A DNA stretch of 33,176 nt from Bigelowiella natans CCMP2755 (GCA_000320545.1 ADNK01000130.1:1-33176), one strand, 5' to 3'; shown: positions 12,276-24,387, counted from the stretch's first letter. Notes: generated from the sequence alone by a model not told the origin. A program made the numbers and translations.

Positions 12276-13191
12276 ACGTGTGTCTACACGCGTGCTATTA
12301 ATTGAATTGATTTCCAAAACAAACACAGATGCGTCCAACGTGATCCCCGCACGCCTTGCTTTCGAACATCTCAGAGAACTTAGCAAGATATCGGAACCGT
12401 GCTGGAAAAAGTCATGAGAAGCTGAAACTAAGAGCACGTACCCCGTCATATGCCTCAGGATGTTCCCTTAACTCGAGGTAAATCTTTTCGATCTCATCTT
12501 TGTCTGGACTGAACACCATGTAATCAGCATTCCCTGTCGCATCTATGCATGGAGTCGGGCTGCAGGAGAAGGTTTCATTTGCAAGGTCGAAGTATGGTAT
12601 TGTGTCGTAGCCCATCCACGCCACCTTTTCGTAAGACGTCATGTTTATTGCGAGAAGTTTCAACCAAAGATGTGGCTGCTCCGACCACCCCAGAACGAGC
12701 TTTTCCAGCCGGGTTGAACCGTCAAACGTGATGATTCTATCGTACTGCTCTACTAAGCTATCGAGAAGTTCATAGTCCTCGAAGCCGAGACAATGCCCCC
12801 CTGTGGCTACCAGCAAAACATTGTCTGCATTCATGTTGAGGTCTTTGATCGATTTCCCGTGAACGATGGTTGTCACCTCGCTCCCCAAGCCATCAGGTCG
12901 GTCCCATGTGCTATTATAGCATTTGCAAAGCATTGATATGAACGCATTCTTCTTGCTGCTTCTAGGCTTACTTTGATGCTCTGCAAAAGTTTCGATTTTA
13001 CTTGAAGCAACGGTCTTACGTTTTGGTGCGTTGCCATCTAAATGGACATTTTCATTCTCCCAGCTACTTATCACCACGTGATCGATCTGCAGGCCAACAT
13101 GGATGGAGCTAGATGAAGACCACGTCGATAGAACGAAGATGGAAAGAGCAGAAGCAGCCGTGACAACTAGGGCGAGGAACTGAAGTTTCAT
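11793..13191 (-). CDS. Glycosyltransferase family 8-like (glycogenin/PGSIP-like) type II membrane protein
   Basis: N-terminal hydrophobic anchor (FLALVVTAASALSIFVLS). GT8 motifs appear in order: NAFISML, WLKLLAINMTSYEKVAWMGYDT (cf. KLxxWxLTxYxKVxFLDAD), NADYMVFSP (cf. NSGVMVxxP), YDG, and ILHFTMAMKP (cf. IxHFxGxxKP). A 40-nt intron lies at 12441-12402 and a second intron spans the (CA)/(GA) repeats. The 3' end is uncertain. Confidence 0.75.
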
Positions 13192-13364
13192 AAAGTTGTC
13201 TGGTAGCCAATCCAAGCCTAGTAAATCTCGCCCACCTCCCTCATCCACTGCCAATTGCGAGGTTTATGCGGCTTTCCGAGCAAGAGTTGCTTGTCCGTAT
13301 TTCGAGATTAGATCTAGTTCTCTGCGAGTTCTGGTGTTCACGCTGAATGCAATCATCTCGATAC

Positions 13365-13391
13365 AATCCCGGCGAATCCCGGCGAATCCCG
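13365..13391. promoter_or_regulatory. 10-bp direct repeat (AATCCCGGCG x2.7) in a probable bidirectional promoter
   Basis: aatcccggcg aatcccggcg aatcccg sits near the middle of the 377-bp spacer between ATG 13191(-) and ATG 13569(+). A regulatory role is inferred. Confidence 0.4.
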
Positions 13392-13568
13392 AAAATTCAA
13401 ATGTGAGTTTCTCGGGAGAATCTCGGAATATTATACATGTGTGAAATGGGAACCGGACGTGCTCGTAAATGATCCTCTTGTCCTCGGACGATTACCGACG
13501 AGAGTAGGAAAAGTACTGGTCTGGTCAGGGGGGGATTTCCCATTTCCTCCCCAACCTATCCATCATCG

Positions 13569-15085
13569 ATGTCGATGAAAAATCTTCTCCTGTGTGCATT
13601 CTTGGCGATGGTGACTCTTCTTAACTTTGTCTTGCCGGTTAGATTCCCAATCATCTCTGCTGCAATGTAGGTCTTGGTGCTCATCCTCAATGCGTCTCAC
13701 ACGGCCACAAGTTTTTCAGCAAGCAGATGGGATGAGCATGTGTATTCCTGAATTTTTGGTTTACCATTTCACATATCACATCAACGGAACCGTCTTTTTA
13801 ACTCAAGCAAATGCTTGTGGCAGGACGCGCCACGCCGAAAATCCAATGGGAGATACAAGAGGTGTGGAACAGGAGGGCATGTCGGCAGGGGGCCAAGAGC
13901 CTAGAGATCCGGTAAATTTTTGTACATGTATTTCCCGTTCGTGCAGTTTTAAATGGCGCTGAGTCTAACCTTCGTCTGACAAAACTCAGCGATGTGAAGA
14001 TGTTGCTGCTGGCAAAGAAGGAACGTTGAACGACGATGATGATGCAGCGGCCGACCCAAACGTGGAAGGCGACCGGCGTGATTTGGTTTGCTACTGAAAT
14101 GTACACGCAATGGGATTTTGCATTGTTACGCATCGCATGTGGCATCAGGAGGACCTCAAGCGCAAATACTCATTCCTAAAGCGATTTTCGGAAGGTACCT
14201 TATCAACCCCAATGCCTTCCCCTTCAAATTAAGCGTTTTCCAAATGTGCACCGTGGATTATAGAATAGTTGTTTACCATGATTTGATTGATGCAGGAGTT
14301 TGCTACAGAGATGGAGGAATTCTTCCGAGAAACCCCAAGGACTTCGGGGTCTGGGGAGGTGCGGATAAGGGAGGCCGCCAATGGGAGAGGGAAGGGGGGA
14401 CGGACCGGATGAAAATTAACACTGATATAAATATAGTTTTGTTGAAATTGTGATGAAAGAAAGTAGTATACCCTCCCCAATAGCATCACATACGTGATGA
14501 TGCCCCTAGCTCATCCTCTCCCTTTTTCATCATCGAAGAGGCTGATGGAAATCCCCTCAAACTTCGGCCAATAAACACCAACTTTTTCGATGCCATGGAG
14601 AGCATCCTGCACGATGGTGATGCGTACCAGGTGGGGATGTACTGGCATTGTTCACTACTGACACTGTGATCAAAATCCTCATCGCCACGTCATCATCATT
14701 ACTATCATCCTCTTTTAGTTCGGGGTCTTAGATGGGGAATCTTTAGGCTGGTTGCAAGGTCAAACTACCACCACTACTACTACTACTACTGCTGCTGCTG
14801 CTCCTGCTGCTGCTACTACTGTGATTTTGATTCTACAAAATCATGAGGAGAGGAAGGTAGGGGAGGAGGCCTCAGAATCAAGGAAAGAGGAGATTTTCCT
14901 CTTATTGCCCGGAACATCACAACGACGACTGAAGTGAGATGATATATCTATGCAAAAGTGACAACTATTAATAATGGCCAGGCATAATGGAAGACAACTT
15001 CTTCTGGGGTTTCGACAGCTTCGAAGGTGTTGTTTACGAGGATGTTAGTATGCTTTGCATGTGTGTGTGTGTGTGTGTGTGTTAG

Positions 15086-15124
<39 letters not shown>

Positions 15125-15636
15125 GAGAGAAAGAGAAAATTGGAATTTTTTGTTCGCATCATCTATCAGTCACCGAATCAGCACCACACCTCCATCCTGC
15201 CTTTGAGTGTAGGACTGCCAGATGAGGATGAGAAAGTTCCAAATCTGAATGCCTGGAGCCAAGGTTTGACAGCTTTCTCTTCTACTTCTTCTTCTTCTTG
15301 AGAAGCGAGATTTCACCTCACTATTAGTGTAAAATCCGAATGATACTACACGTGGTCTATCACAACAACTCCTTAGTAGCGCTCCTTCTTAGTCTCGAGG
15401 TTGTGCCGCACTGGCCCTTTTCTCTTCAATCAATGCGCGCACACGAACATTGCTAATAACAGGAAAATTCCGCAACACAATGAGTCTAGAAGAGCTCTCC
15501 AATATTTATGGAGGGGTTAGTTCTTCCAGCATGATGATTGGAGAGTGTGCTTGTGTGATATAGAATGGATGGGGGGGGGGGGGGGGGCTGGACTTGTAAT
15601 ATCGCGTTGTGGTTCCAGATATATCATCACACGCAA

Positions 15637-15681
<45 letters not shown>

Positions 15682-16056
15682 CTTTCTCTCTCTACATCGT
15701 CACAGGTATATCACCCCTGGAGCGAATGGCGAACCTACTTCATCGTGGAGGATATCGGTCTTTTTCAATCAGCATTTAATAGTATTTCCTTCGTTTCCCA
15801 CGATGCACTACTGCTAGAACCTGTTACCGACCCCCCGCCTTTAGCATTCTCCTTTGTTCCCCTCCTACCTCCACCCCCCCCCACCCACCCTCTATATCAT
15901 GAAGGGGAGAATGTCGAGTGTGAAACCGGATTTGAGATGTCTCCGAAAGCAGTTCAGAGATTCACGAGTAAGTTGAGAAGAGGGTGTTTGAGGGAGAAGA
16001 CGGGGGTCGGAACCTTGCGCGGGGACGGGTCGATAGCGTATTCTATGAAAATGTGA
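13569..16056 (+). CDS. TylF/MycF/NovP-family (macrocin O-methyltransferase-like) SAM-dependent methyltransferase with signal peptide/anchor; central part apparently missing
   Basis: N-terminus MSMKNLLLCAFLAMVLVLILNA. Phase-consistent exons 14719-14758, 14982-15026, 15213-15263 and 15463-15515 give YQFGVLDGESLGWLQGIMEDNFFWGFDSFEGLPDEDEKVPNLNAWSQGKF, which matches the TylF xFGVxxGxS and GFDSFEGLP signatures. Last exons from 15706 end at TGA 16056. Confidence 0.75.
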
Positions 16057-16299
16057 TTCGATTTAGCGTTGCAGCTGTCATTATCGTTGCGTTGAGCGTG
16101 TTTTGTCTACCCTATGTATCAGCCACAAACGGGCGTTGTCGATTGCACTTTACGAGGGACTTTGGATATACGCCTGCTTACAGGCCTTAGCTACCTGAGC
16201 CATTCTAGCAATCTCAAACGCGACCGAGAGAGTGTGTCGTTAAATAATCACATCAAAGCAAAAATGAAGCACGTACCTCGCTTAGACATTCTGCCCTTG

Positions 16300-16650
16300 C
16301 ATGCCATGATACGAGACCATACAGCTACGTGCATTTTTTAGCAATTTCACAATGTGCAGCAATGGCGCGACATGTCTAGATGTGCTGGCGAAGTGCTAGT
16401 CTATCTAGCCAATGGCTACAGTAGCACAGACCGGCAGTGAGGATCACATTCACACACATAGCCACACAATAACACACGGCATAGCTAGCATATAGCTACA
16501 TAGCACAGCACACAGCAGCACACACAACAAGTTGAAAAATACGCACACACACACACACACACACACATGTATGTAAGACGTGCGCACAAGCAGGTTGTCG
16601 GTGCGTAGTACACGAAATAAGCGCAAGTCTAGAAGCAGCTAGTGATATGG
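16300..16650. repeat. Third TGCA/CATG/CTAG-rich tract plus (CA)n
   Basis: Contains catgtctagatgtgc, gctagtctatctagc and gcatagctagcatatagctacatagc. It lies between convergent genes. Confidence 0.5.
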
Positions 16651-17152
16651 CAAATTATTACAAATTGACATCAAATGCTGTGGTGGCAAATTCCTGTGTA
16701 CACTCACAATAAATTCGCGTACGTCGCCATACAACTATTAATGTGCGAGATATATTGGCATGTGATAGCCATGCCATGCCAAGCTGGTAGTCTCACTGTC
16801 GGCTACTTTAAGCCCCCCTTTCTCACTGAATTCTTCCACCCGGCCAAACTTGCATACGTCCTGAGAGATCATCATCGTTACATGAAGGATTCGGAGGAAT
16901 AAGGGAGAATATGAAAGTGCAACAAAGTGAAGACGTCGCTCATGCACCTCAAGCGCTCCGAAAACCGCCTCGACCGCGAGATTTTTTCTGTGCCCACGAA
17001 TAAGCGAAAATAAAGATGTAAACGATAGCAACAACCGCACCAAAAAGCTGTAGCAGTTTCAAAGTTCTCTTCTCAAGAAAGCAAAGAGTATATGTTCTCT
17101 CTTTTTCTTCTTCTTCTTCTCCTTCTTCTTTCTCCCATTCTTGTTTTCATTT

Positions 17153-17838
17153 TTATCTCTGCTCATACGGTTGGCGTGTTGTGCCTCCAGGATTCTGGGT
17201 GAGGTATGCTCGTCTGTGAATGCGCGCCGAGAGTTGCCGCTGTTGCTTCACGCTATTACTTTCAGCACCGGTTGCCGCCTTCTCTCCTTCCTCCTTGCTT
17301 ATTCCGCCATTGCTGTCGTGGCCGTCGTTATTATGATAGGTGTAGATCAATATTTCAATACTGCTCCATTGGGTGTCATACTCGTCGCTATCGAATTGGT
17401 CATCGTCAACGGTTATCTCAAAATCCATCGGTTTTCCTCCTCCCCCCCTGGACGTCGATGACGATTTAAGGAGCGCGGCGATGGCTGGCAGCAGCTTCGC
17501 CTTCATCTCTAAAGCCTTTTCCTGCGGCAGAACAAAGGCACCTCCCATCGTCTTTCTCGATTCACCATCCCAGTTGCTGTACGAAACGCACTGGAGGAGA
17601 AGATCCTTCTGCTGCTGCTGTTTCTTATTCTTCTTCCTTCTCTTCTTCTTACGCTTCTCCTCCTCCTCCTCCTCCTCCCCACTTGACGTCGAAGGGAATA
17701 CGGTGAGGATTTGCTTAATGACGTGCATGTCAGCATTTCCGCCGGGAAAGCGATCCAACGCTCGGTGATAGATCTCGATGCAATACTGGAGGATGAGGAG
17801 GAAGAGGAGGAAGGAGAGTACGAGTGTGCGTGCGTGAT

Positions 17839-17875
<37 letters not shown>

Positions 17876-18965
17876 CAATGAGTGGAGCAGTTATAGCAGC
17901 AAGAGTAAACACACTCTTTTTGTTTGCCATCGAAGTACTGGCAGGCTACGACAGCACCGCACAATATCGCATTTAACTTACTCCCCCCCCCCCCCCCCCC
18001 TCCTTCCTCCTTCCTCCTTCCTCCTTCCTCCTAATTTTTCTAGACGACCTGTGACTGATCTCCTGAGAGGATATTGACAAGCTTGGAGGACGAAGAAGAA
18101 GAAGAAGAAGAAGATGATGATGATGATGACGATTTGTTGTTCCCCGAACATGGTCTATTCTTCTTCTTCGCTTTATCCGCCATCCCTACAATCTCATGCA
18201 CCTTTTCCCTTTGAGGGTGCTGCCTCCACGCATCATACCATGGCGTCCTGCCTGTTCCTGTACATGATCCATCCGTAATCATCTTCTTCACCTTTCTCAC
18301 CGTATCGTCGTTCTGGCCGTCACGACCGAGGGAGCTCACAATCCAGCGCCATGCTGGATCAACCTCCTCCTTTGACTCGCCCCCCCCGAAAGAGGAGACG
18401 GCAGAGACAGGGGGGGGGTGGGGAGCATATCCCTCCACCATACTTCGTACAAGCTGTGTAGCGATTTTGTAATCTTCCTCAGACAATGGCGGTGTCTCCA
18501 GATCTAAGGCTATATGGTATGTTTTCCCATTACGAAGGGTTGTTGTCTTTGATTTCTCAGCAGCTTTGCCTTGGTCATCATCTTCGTTGTCGTTATCGTC
18601 ATCTACATTCACTACCAGCCCCTGCTTCCCGATCTGAATAAAATGCCGAACTATCTTCGCCGCGCTGCTGCCGCCGTCTGATGGTGATGGTGATGAAGAT
18701 GATATTAGGAGGCGACCTGTGCTTACAAAAAGATATCATCTTAACTATAGTAGCAGCAGCAGTAGTAGCAGTAGCAGTAGTAGTAGTAGTAGTAGTAGCG
18801 TAAGTAGTGTAAGTAGAAGCTTCTTAGTTTGAACGAGGACTTATGTTCATTCATACATGCCCAAAGGACAAGGAGGAAGAGGAGAGGGAGAGCTGTAGGA
18901 GGATGAGGAGGCAGGAAAAGGGGTAGGCAAGAGGAGGAGGGTACAATATGATGATCCTCAGAGTG

Positions 18966-19007
<42 letters not shown>

Positions 19008-19396
19008 GTTGTTTCTCTCTGTGTATCACCACTGCTATTTTGCAGATCAACTTCCTCAAAATCGCCGGGCTCTGCCATGAAGAATTGGTAGCTTGTGGAC
19101 CTATCTTGCAAATCTCGACCAATCACAACCTGGTTTTTTGTCAATTCAGACGACGATGATGCCAGAGAGAGAAGAATTCAAAGTAAGAGGGGAGAAGGCT
19201 ACCAGACGTCGAATAAATCAACAGCAAATATGGAAAAGAATTGAGTTGGTTGTAGTAGTATTTGCGGAGGTTGTTGCTGTGCATGCGTACATCCCACGAG
19301 TTGACAATCTTCCCCCCGGTTGAGTTATAAATACGACAGCGTGGCTTGCTTTCGACTTTGCGCCTGCTCATCGCATTCAAGTATGTGTATCGTGAG
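17153..19396 (-). CDS. Hypothetical multi-exon protein region (standalone from ATG 19371, or the C-terminal continuation of the WWE-SAP gene)
   Basis: Long complex exons (...GGKIVNSWD; VVIGRDLQDRSTSYQFF; YHIALDLETPPLSEEDY...TPWYDAWRQHP; YCIEIYHRALDRFPGGNADMHV...LLQCVSYSNWDGES) with GT-AG boundaries. No family recognised. Confidence 0.6.
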
Positions 19397-19484
19397 CTAG
19401 GATGATGATGATGATGATGATGATTATGATGATGTTGATGATAACAACTACAAACTTCTCATTATTTATTGTCATCAGTTATTT

Positions 19485-20210
19485 TTACGATAGAAATAGC
19501 TTCAGTCTTTCTTGAAGTTTTTGCTTGGTCCCCGTTAGTGGGAGATTTTTAGCTTCGAGCGTCTATATATCACGATGAGCGATGGTTGCCTCAATTGTAC
19601 ATGCATAGAGAAGATCTAATGTTCGTCTTTGCTTCGTATGGTGGCTATGTTGATAGAGGCCGGTTACAGCTGTGAATTATCCCTTACAGATTTTAGCTCC
19701 TCAAGTTTCATTGTGTCCACTTGCTTCGCTGTAATTTCATCAGGAGCACGATCGGTTTTCTTGATGGGTCTTTGTCGATAAGGATCATCCCTGCGAGGAT
19801 AAATTAATAAACAAACCACAGGCGCTGTCGCATTTCTTTTTTTTTAAACTTTATTTAAACACAAACGTTTTGAACTGAATTTCCTGGTCCAGGTCTATGG
19901 AGTAATTTGGATTCAGCTCAAAGACCTACTGGGAGGAGACTCATATAAGTGTGCTATCTGTTCACGTCTTTTTTTACATTTGACCTTCACTCCACACTGC
20001 TTCTTTTGGTCGATTTTCTTCGAATCCTAAGTAACAATGGGTATAGACTATATGGATTTCTCGGCAGTAAGAGAGAGGTTATCTCATGTCATTATCAAAT
20101 CCGCGCATGCGAGATAGCAAGAGAGCACACAACACCTTCTTAGAGTACATCTCCCATGCATTTTCATCTTCGTCTGGAAGATCCAGTTTCTTCTTCCACA
20201 CCCACGACAT
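19485..20210 (-). CDS. WWE domain + SAP domain protein (118 aa if it stops at 19485)
   Basis: Five phase-consistent exons (20210-20136, 20026-19985, 19925-19867, 19790-19688, 19562-19485) give MSWVWKKKLDLPDEDENAWEMYSKKDSKKIDQKKQCGVKVFELNPNYSIDLDQEIQFKTDDPYRQRPIKK (WWE pattern), then TDRAPDEITAKQ, then VDTMKLEELKSTLEAKNLPLTGTKQKLQERLKLFLS (SAP pattern). It is not visible in the ORF track. Confidence 0.85.
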
Positions 20211-20243
20211 TCTTGCAAAGGTATAGCAGCCCAGAGACAAAGT

Positions 20244-20291
20244 AAGCGAGTGCAGGCTACACTGATCAAGCGAGTGCTATGTAAACTGATC
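20244..20291. repeat. 24-bp imperfect direct repeat in the WWE-SAP/Cdc25 divergent spacer
   Basis: aagcgagtgcaggctacactgatc followed by aagcgagtgctatgtaaactgatc. Confidence 0.7.
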
Positions 20292-20472
20292 AATCAACAG
20301 GAACGGAGGGTGGAGCACGAGATGCTTGTGACTTGCTACTCACAACAATCTTTAAAACACGGTCGATTACCTACTGAAAATAGACTAATCTGAATGTCGT
20401 ACAACAATCATACAACAACAGACAAACGAAAGAGTGCCTGCGCAAAATCGTCCTGGGCTACATCTATGCGTC

Positions 20473-21847
20473 ATGCCGAAAATCGAGCCGCAACTAGTTG
20501 ACAACCAAGAGAAAAGAAGCCATAGCGGATGCTGGACAAACCGGATGGAAAACAAGCACAAAAGAAGCGAAAACAGCACAAAAGGCCTCAGTCAACATGA
20601 GCATCAAGTAATTACGACAGGTACAAGCGACATGACAAAATCATTGTCGCTGTTATATAATATCTTCTGAATTGTCAGAAGGATCATCAACGGCTATGTG
20701 AGCAGTGCACCGGTCTTGCAGGAAATCTCCAATAAAATTAGTCGTTATACCTGCCGGATATGTGCTGCGCCAAATTCAAATGTGTCAAGTGCAGGCCGTT
20801 CGTTAGCGATATTGCTCAATGTGCCTGATATTTACAAAAAAACAAATGCATTCTCCGTCGTTTACATTTTGGAATTCACCCCAAGCTAAACCATTTACGA
20901 CAGAACGACACTGTAAATGCAGGAAGATTATTTGATAAAAGTTCTCTAATTCATGTCGCAGGTGATTATTCGTGGTAATTTGAAACAACAATTGGAGATT
21001 TTCATGTCTGAAAGTTGCCTCGAGTCTAACGATAGGAAGCCGACGGCGAACATGAGTAATGCCCCGCCCTGCTCTCACGCCCCCCACATCCCTCTCCCGA
21101 TGATTCATGCCGTAAGCAATCCAGATGATAGCGAAGGAAATATAGGGATGGGCAGGCCTTCTCCGTACATTTCTGACGTAGCAAATCGGCTCTCGGGCAT
21201 TGTTCTGACCCCTGGCCCATCTGCGAACATTGAGAAAAAGAAAAAAATCTCCCCTCCTTCGTCAGCTAGCCCAATGGCTCCTCGTTCGTTGGCTTTTGGA
21301 TGCCATACACCTGCTTCTAACTCTGGCGATCGCAACTCGGCGAAGACCCCTTGCACGCCCCTGCCTGATGTGCAGCTATTCTCTTTGCCGCACGCAGGAA
21401 AACGAGACAGCTTGGTCCGTTCCAAAGGATAATGATAATAATGATGATGATGATGATAATGATGAGAAACTATCGACATCAAATTTAGATATTAGCTCAA
21501 GAAGATTAATTGTGGTAAATATAACGATGAGAAGGGCTATGAAACGAATTTGTACCTTCACGTCAAACCTTGCTGCACATTTCCGCTTGTCCTCTGTCTT
21601 CTTAGAACAGGGCACCTATATCTATGAGACAGTTGACTTTTGTTTTACACTCCAACAAAATCATTGAATATTGCTTGGAAGAGCAACTAATAATTGCATT
21701 CGCCACTATTTCAGTCACCGTTAATGCCACGGAAGCATGTCCCACGGAGAGATTCTTTTGAATTGACTCCTAAGTGTGCGGCTCTGGACCCTGCGAAGCA
21801 AATGATGCACCTCACAAATAGGATAGAGTCTGAAAATACAAGGTGAT

Positions 21848-21890
<43 letters not shown>

Positions 21891-23145
21891 TGGCAGATTA
21901 TAACAACTTTAGCCGGAAGTATATGAAGGAGATCTCATATCGCCTTTCAGATATTATTGTACGTTAAATGATAATCGATATTTGAAATTAGGCCGCTGCA
22001 GAATCAACGACAATTCAATCTTCCCGTGCCGCTGTTTGATCAGCAGAGTACCGTGGATAGCAATAGCGGGATCCTAACAAAGAGCGAGAAAATGAGTTCT
22101 CCTCGGTACGTTTTTCATTGTCGCGTTTGTGCTGGACCGCTGCTGCCTTTTCTCTTTCAATCGTGCGTATACTATTTATGTTACATGGAACTTTTCTCAT
22201 CCGGAACAGATGATAGCAGTATTCGTCAATCATCATGTGTTATATCCTAGGCCTGCGTTGAAGGAGGTCGGTTTGAACGTGTCGCTGCATGCTCAGAGGG
22301 GGGGGGGCAGAAAAGCAGAGAACGAGGGGGGGTTGTTCAAGAAGGCATCATCGTCGAAGGGATTGCGCCGCTTATCCGGTGGTAATGCCATGCCTCCCCG
22401 CCCTCCTTCCAAGAAGAAAAGCAATCGAATGTACAAATCAAAGAGCAATTCAGGCTCGAGGAAGAACAAGGCCAATAAGAAGAAGTCTCCCTCCATGTTT
22501 TTTTCAAGCTCTACTACCTTCAATTTTGACGAGGTTGATAACGTCGATGATGGGGAGGGAGAGAAGGAAGAATTTGGTGGAGATGGGTCGGCAGCTAAGA
22601 GGACTGATCGGCGCCGACGGCTATGGCAGGAGACGAAGCTTGCTAGGGAAAACAGCGGTGAGTCAATACATCATTGACGACGACGCTATCGTATTGCTGA
22701 TGATGGTGATTCCGTGGAGGAGGAGGGGTGGGAGTATCACGCCAACATGCATCTTTGAATCGTGAAAATAAATACAAAAAATTAGCACACATGCGATTAT
22801 ACGGTGACACCTCTGTTATCATCATCATAATGTGAAACAGGGGAGGGTTTCATGGGGGCTGCCTCGTCATTGTACCCGGCCAGCATTCCTATCAAAGAGC
22901 GCTCGAGATCGAATCCCTTTCCTCTTACTACCGACTTCCCTCCTCACCATCCTCCCATTACTACGGGGGGAGGGGCATTTAGCAGGATGATCGACGCTGC
23001 TTCTCCTCCTCCTCTCGACGGGGCCTTCTCGTCAATAAGATCAGCCCCTTCAATTTTACAAGAAAACAATGCCAACAGGCATTTGTTCTCCCCCATGGGA
23101 CGAGGGGGGGATACAGAGCCAGCAGAGGGCACAGCTTCTTCTTCT

Positions 23146-23176
<31 letters not shown>

Positions 23177-23632
23177 TTTTGTATGCATCATCCTCCTCTT
23201 CCCCCTCCTCGGTATTTCGGTTGAAATCATCTTCCTTCGGAGTGATATTGGAGGAGAAAGGTCCGACAACAACAACAACAAATGCGTGTGCGTGTGCGTG
23301 TGTTTGGCTGCTGCTGCTGCGTGTTTTTCCGAGCCATACAAGATATCAATTACGATAATCCGGCGGGAAAAGTATTTTGGGTCTCTGGCTATCTCATATT
23401 TACTTTATTCAAGTCCCCTTCTCCCCCCCACCCTTCACCTTAAAACGCCTTCCTCCTCATTTTTCTTCTTTAACTTCTTCCACTTCTTCTTTTTCTCTCC
23501 TCTCAGAAGATGTAAGTTGTTGCCCCATGAAGCAGGTATGTCATTATAACACTGCTACTAAGGAGTAGGACTAGTTTTTAAGGGTGAAAATCGATCGTTT
23601 CCTCTCCCTCTTGCTGGCACGTTATAATGTAC

Positions 23633-23676
<44 letters not shown>

Positions 23677-23980
23677 TGATTATGCAGTATCAGAGAGCTT
23701 CCATAGCGTGTGAGAAGTCAAAGCCGACAATTCTCAAACTCTTGGGGCGGAGGAGGAAAAGCTGCGACATTACGGCGGGGGATTCATTTTTAACCACTTC
23801 TACTACCATGGGAGGAGGAGGAGGAGGAGGAGGAGAGTGTTGGGGTGCTAGCAACGACGATGACCTGGGACCTATACGCAAAATAGCACGGTGCAACGAA
23901 AGAAAGATGCATACACACACACACACATATATATATGTGTGTGTGTCTTTCCCTTTCCTAGCTCTGGGGTTGCTGTTGTT

Positions 23981-24017
<37 letters not shown>

Positions 24018-24387
24018 TCTCTTCTTAGGACAAAGTCCATGTCGGTCAGTACTACCACCTCTACAACTGAATCGTCGCCCAATCTCATGCCGCACTTGAG
24101 TTTGCCTCCTTCATATAAAGCTCCAAACCTAAAGCTTCCCATCAAGGAGAACTCGTAAGAAACAGCAGCAACAGCGGCGGCTATTTTCTCTGATTCTGTC
24201 GTTGTCGTTGCCGTCGTTTTATTGAGTAGAGAAAAATCAAAATGTGTGATAAATACGCTGAAAATAAGAGAGAACCACATAATGACTGCACTCCATCCTT
24301 CCATGGTTGTTGTAAACAAAGGCCATGCTATGTTAGCGGTGTATGGCTCTGGTGGTGATGCGGCGATGTTTATTGAGCGTGCACACA

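Noticed and set aside
12422-12441. Possible 20-nt nucleomorph-sized intron (gtacgtgctcttagtttcag)
   Set aside because: That acceptor breaks the frame needed for the next exon. The acceptor at 12402 (40-nt intron) keeps it.
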